From Thermoanaerobaculia bacterium (lineage in GTDB: Bacteria; Acidobacteriota; Thermoanaerobaculia; UBA5066), in assembly GCA_038245905.1 (NCBI GenBank), contig JBBRRY010000002.1:128001-192000 (forward strand): a DNA stretch of 64,000 bases, read 5' to 3'. Both the position numbers and the translations under genes were made by a program. The stretch's first letter is position 1; every line of letters starts with the position of its first letter. Shown here in pieces: positions 56,653 to 64,000 of the stretch. The notes below the pieces were generated by a model, which did not search any database, was not told the DNA's origin, and saw nothing but the letters and a program-made list of their open reading frames with translations.

Positions 56653-58404
56653 CTACGCGAGGACCGGGGAAAGCGTGGGCATCTCCGCGCGGGTCGGAGC
56701 CGGGACCATCGGGAGATAGGCCGGGTCCCAGATCATCGCGGCGACCGCCTTCGGAATCTCCGCGTCCGGGATCTGCCGCCCGACGCCCGCGTTTCGCGCC
56801 TCGGCCACGACCGCCTCGGCGATTCGCTGGCTGACGCGCCGAATCTCGGTCGCGGACGGGAAGAGACTTCCGGAAGCAAGGTCCGAGGCGCTCACATTGT
56901 CGGCAAGCGTCTGGGCGGCCACCGCGAACATCCCGTCCGTCACTTCTTTCGCCTCCGCCACGAGGGCCCCGAGGCCGACGCCGGGGAAGATGAAGACGTT
57001 GTTCCCCTGGCCGATCGTGATCATGCGGCCCTTATGGGGCACCGGGTCGAACGGGCTTCCGGTGGCGATGAGGGCGCGGCCGTCCGTCCAAGCCACGATG
57101 TCCACGGGCTTCGCCTCGCTCTTGCTCGTCGGGTTCGACATCGGGAAGATGACGGGGCGTTCGACGTGTTTCGCCATCTCCCGGACGATCGCTTCCGTGA
57201 ACGTGCCCGGTTCTCCCGAAGTGCCGATCAGGAACGTGGGCTTCACGGCCCTCACGACGGCCAGGAGGTCCCGCGGCGCGCCCTTCTTCAGTCCCATTTT
57301 CTCCGCGAGAGCCGCCGGCCACGCGAAGTCGCGCTTGTGGACGTCCTTGATCTCGACGTCGTCGACGACGAGCCCCTGACTGTCGAGGTTCGCGATGGCG
57401 CGCGTCAGCGCCTCGCCCGAGAGGCCCGCGCGCCGGAAGGTGTCGCGGAGCAGCCGGGCAATGCCGATCCCGGCCGCACCCGCCCCCAGGATGACGACGC
57501 GCTGGTCCTTGAGCGCGACTCCCGTCGCCCGGCAGCCGGCCATCATCCCCGCCGTGGCCACGGCGGCCGTTCCCTGGATGTCGTCATTGAAGCAGGTGAT
57601 CGACTTCCGGTAGCGGTCCAGCAGCCGGAACGCGTTCACCTTCTTGAAGTCCTCCCACTGCAGGAGCGCTTTCGGGAAACGCTTCTTCACGGCCTGCACG
57701 AATTCCTCGACGAGAGAGTCGTACTCGGGTCCGCGCAGGCGCGGAAGCCGCCAGCCGAGATAGAGCTCGTCCTTCAGGAGCGATTCGTTGTCGGTGCCGA
57801 CGTCGAGGCTGATGGGAAGCGTCTGCGACGGATGGATGCCCGCCGCCGCCGTGTAGAGCGCCAGCTTGCCGATCGGGATCCCCATGCCTCCCGCACCCTG
57901 GTCGCCGAGGCCAAGGATGCGTTCGTTGTCGGTCACGACGATGAGCCTCACGTCGTCGAACGGTGCATTGCCGAGGATCTCGTAGATCCGTCCGCGGTGG
58001 GCCGGGGTGATCCAGAGCCCGCGACCGCGGCGGAAAATGTGACTGAATTCCTGACAGGCCCGCCCCACCGTGGGCGTGTAGACGATCGGCAGGAACTCCT
58101 CGACGTGGTCGATCAGGAGCCGGTAAAAGAGGTGCTCGTTCCGATCCTGAAGAGCCGCCAGGCCGATGAACTTCTCGAGCGGGTCTGGCTTCCGCGAGAT
58201 GTTGTCGTAAACCCTTCGCTCCTGTTGCTCCAGGCTGCTGACCGCGGCAGGCAAGAGCCCTTCCAGCCCGAAGTCCTTTCGTTCCTGTGCATTGAACGCA
58301 GAGCCCTTCGTGTACATGGGATGGCGGAGAAGCCGGGTGCCGCGGAAAGGCACCTCGGAAGATTGTTTTCCCTTGGATTCGAAGCGGAGCGCGAACGTTT
58401 CCAT
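56653..58404 (-). CDS. maeA: NAD-dependent malic enzyme
   Basis: PIVYTPTVG, ERILGLGDQG, GIPIGKL, QWEDF, FNDDIQGT, GAGAAG, MSNPT, GQGNN. Confidence 0.92.
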   Translation of the reverse strand: METFALRFESKGKQSSEVPFRGTRLLRHPMYTKGSAFNAQERKDFGLEGLLPAAVSSLEQQERRVYDNISRKPDPLEKFIGLAALQDRNEHLFYRLLIDHVEEFLPIVYTPTVGRACQEFSHIFRRGRGLWITPAHRGRIYEILGNAPFDDVRLIVVTDNERILGLGDQGAGGMGIPIGKLALYTAAAGIHPSQTLPISLDVGTDNESLLKDELYLGWRLPRLRGPEYDSLVEEFVQAVKKRFPKALLQWEDFKKVNAFRLLDRYRKSITCFNDDIQGTAAVATAGMMAGCRATGVALKDQRVVILGAGAAGIGIARLLRDTFRRAGLSGEALTRAIANLDSQGLVVDDVEIKDVHKRDFAWPAALAEKMGLKKGAPRDLLAVVRAVKPTFLIGTSGEPGTFTEAIVREMAKHVERPVIFPMSNPTSKSEAKPVDIVAWTDGRALIATGSPFDPVPHKGRMITIGQGNNVFIFPGVGLGALVAEAKEVTDGMFAVAAQTLADNVSASDLASGSLFPSATEIRRVSQRIAEAVVAEARNAGVGRQIPDAEIPKAVAAMIWDPAYLPMVPAPTRAEMPTLSPVLA

Positions 58405-58493
58405 GTTCTCAAACCCCTCCACATGACAACGTGGGTTCCGGGCAGCCGGAAGGGCATGAGTCATCTGGCTCAGGCGTTCTGAAAAGCTGTGGC

Positions 58494-59567
58494 CTATGCG
58501 CTGACCCGAAAGTTGACGACGTCGCCGTCCTGGACGACGTAGTCGCGGCCCTCGACGCGGAGCGTGCCGTGCGTCTTGCAGTGCGCGAAGGAGCCCGCCT
58601 CGACGAGTGTCTGGAACGGCACGACCTCGGCTCTTATGAAGTGCTTTTCGAAGTCCGTGTGGATCGCGGCAGCCGCCTTCGCGGCGTGCGTCCCCTTCGG
58701 GATGGACCACGCGCGGCACTCGTCCTCGCCCGCCGTCAGGAACGACATGAGGCCGAGCAGGTCGTAGGAGGCACGTAAGAGCCGGTCGAGCGCGCGGTCC
58801 GGCAGGCCGAGGTCCTTGAGGAACTCGGCCTGGTCCTCCGGCGACATCGCGGCGATCTCCTGCTCGATCGGCGCCGACACGGCGCTGAACGCGACGTGAG
58901 GCTTGCCTTTCCACGCGTCGAACTTCGCCTTCGCGAGCGCGCCCGCGAGGTCGCCCGCCTCGCTCTCGCCTGCGTTCAGGATCACGAGCATCGCCTTTCG
59001 CGTGAGAAGGCCGAAGCCCTTCACGTACTTCTCCTCCTCGACGTGGACGTCGAGCCCGCGCAGCGTGTCGCCCTTCTCGAGGGCCGCCTTGAAGCGCACG
59101 ACGAGATCTTTCTCGGTCTGGAGCTCGGGCGTCTTCTTCTTCGCGATGTCCTTCTCGATGCGCTCGAGGCGGTTCGAGACGACCGAGAGGTCCGCGAGGA
59201 GCATCTCCGTCTCGAGGAGCTCCAGGTCGCGCGCCGGGTCGACCGAACCCTCCGGATGCGGCACCGCTTCGGACGAGAAGCCGCGGACGACGACCGCGAG
59301 GCCGTCCATCTGCCGCAGCTCGGGGAGGTTCAGGCTCTGGGAGCCGCCCTTCACGACGCCCGGGACGTCCACGAACTTGACGGTCGCGGGTGTGTGCTTC
59401 TTCGGCTTGAACATCGCCGTGAGGCGGTCGAGCCGCGGGTCGGGGACGTGGGCGATCCCGACATGGGCCTCGCGCTTGTGAGGCGTCGCGGCCGCCGCGT
59501 GGCCGGTGAGGAGCGAGAAGATCGTCGTCTTGCCGGAGAGCTCGAGGCCGAGGATTCCGAATTCCAT
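58494..59567 (-). CDS. ychF: Obg-family ATPase YchF
   Basis: VPDPRL, FVDVPG, FLTAGEDE.RAW, IHTDF...FIRAEV, EGRDYVVQDGD. Confidence 0.88.
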   Translation of the reverse strand: MEFGILGLELSGKTTIFSLLTGHAAAATPHKREAHVGIAHVPDPRLDRLTAMFKPKKHTPATVKFVDVPGVVKGGSQSLNLPELRQMDGLAVVVRGFSSEAVPHPEGSVDPARDLELLETEMLLADLSVVSNRLERIEKDIAKKKTPELQTEKDLVVRFKAALEKGDTLRGLDVHVEEEKYVKGFGLLTRKAMLVILNAGESEAGDLAGALAKAKFDAWKGKPHVAFSAVSAPIEQEIAAMSPEDQAEFLKDLGLPDRALDRLLRASYDLLGLMSFLTAGEDECRAWSIPKGTHAAKAAAAIHTDFEKHFIRAEVVPFQTLVEAGSFAHCKTHGTLRVEGRDYVVQDGDVVNFRVSA

Positions 59568-59674
59568 GGGGGGATTCTCTCCTAACCTCTCGAGTTGTGG
59601 CCGCTCAGGCTCGCATGCTAGATTCCGCGTCCCTGCGGGCCGATAAGGCTCGAGAGGCTCCTGCGGGGACACGT

Positions 59675-59750
59675 GCCGCGTTCGTCTAGCGGTTAGGACG
59701 CCGCCCTCTCAAGGCGGAGATCACGAGTTCAAATCTCGTACGCGGTACCA
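59675..59750 (+). tRNA. tRNA-Glu(CTC)
   Basis: GCCGCGT...CCGCC-CTCTCAA-GGCGG...GTTCAAATC...ACCA. Confidence 0.93.
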
Positions 59751-59921
59751 CTTCCCTCCTCAGGAGCCGTTCGGCCGAGATACAGATCTCACCGGAGAGT
59801 TCAGCGCGCCTCGCCGGCGTTCGCTAGCGCGACTAGGTCTCAAGTACGTGATACATCGGCATCATTTGGAGGATTGCCCGCTGATTTGATGATGGCTTCC
59901 TGGTAGAAAAGGGAGGCCCTC

Positions 59922-63542
<3,621 letters not shown>

Positions 63543-63552
63543 GGAGACGACG

Positions 63553-64000
63553 ATGGACCTCACCACCCGCTATCTCGGCCTGACCCTTCCCCACCCATTC
63601 ATGCCCGGCGCCTCGCCGATGGTCGACGACCTCGATCTCGTGCGCCGCCTCGAGGACGCCGGCGCCTCGGCGATCGTCATGAACTCGCTTTTCGAGGAGC
63701 AGATCACCCGCGAGGAGGTCGGCACGATCCGCCAGATGGAGATCGTCTCCGGCTCGTACCCGGAGGCCCTCACGTACTTTCCGGAGCCGGAGGCCTTCAA
63801 GCTCGGCCCCGAGCGGTATCTCGACCGCGTGCGCCTGCTCAAGAAGACCGTCCGCATCCCCGTCATCGCGTCCCTGAACGGTGCGACGCCGGGCGGATGG
63901 GTCTCCTTCGCGGCGCGGATCGCCGAGGCCGGCGCCGACGCGCTCGAGCTGAACCTGTACGACGTCGGCGCGCACGAAGGCGAGCCGGGCTTTTCACTCG
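63553..64000 (+). CDS. Dihydroorotate dehydrogenase-like protein (3'-truncated by window edge)
   Basis: MDLTTRYLGL.L..P, SLFEEQI, IPVIASLNG, AGADALELN; GAGGAG RBS; commonly found beside nifJ. Confidence 0.85.
   Translation, partial: MDLTTRYLGLTLPHPFMPGASPMVDDLDLVRRLEDAGASAIVMNSLFEEQITREEVGTIRQMEIVSGSYPEALTYFPEPEAFKLGPERYLDRVRLLKKTVRIPVIASLNGATPGGWVSFAARIAEAGADALELNLYDVGAHEGEPGFSL

Noticed and set aside
59840-59900. Possible FNR/Rex site upstream of nifJ
   Set aside because: TGAT...ATCA spacing and flanks do not fit either consensus

Overview
High-GC bacterial chromosomal window; gene content (mglBA behind dnaX-recR, GH57 pair, nifJ plus DHOD-like gene) suggests Acidobacteriota/Thermoanaerobaculia-like origin, which is inference only. 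It holds about 60 CDSs, four tRNAs (Ser-CGA, Ser-GGA, Arg-ACG, Glu-CTC) and the SRP RNA. The most notable locus is a three-gene operon at 14103-18453. It encodes a DUF2064/TIGR04282-like transferase, a fusion of an RRE-like domain, a radical SAM core, a cysteine-less SPASM-like domain and a complete ArsM-type As(III) methyltransferase, and a PiT-family transporter. This is a candidate compact organoarsenical pathway. Also seen: a decayed 5.2 kb islet at tRNA-Arg bounded by a 12-bp direct repeat, back-to-back toxin-antitoxin operons with visible operators, a three-member secreted protein family, a secreted protein carrying permuted DUF1559-type motifs, a Tes/COG1964-like radical SAM enzyme, and a window-wide leaderless-promoter signature. 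No CRISPR array, rRNA, transposase or integrase was seen. All calls come from reading motifs by eye; no searches were run.
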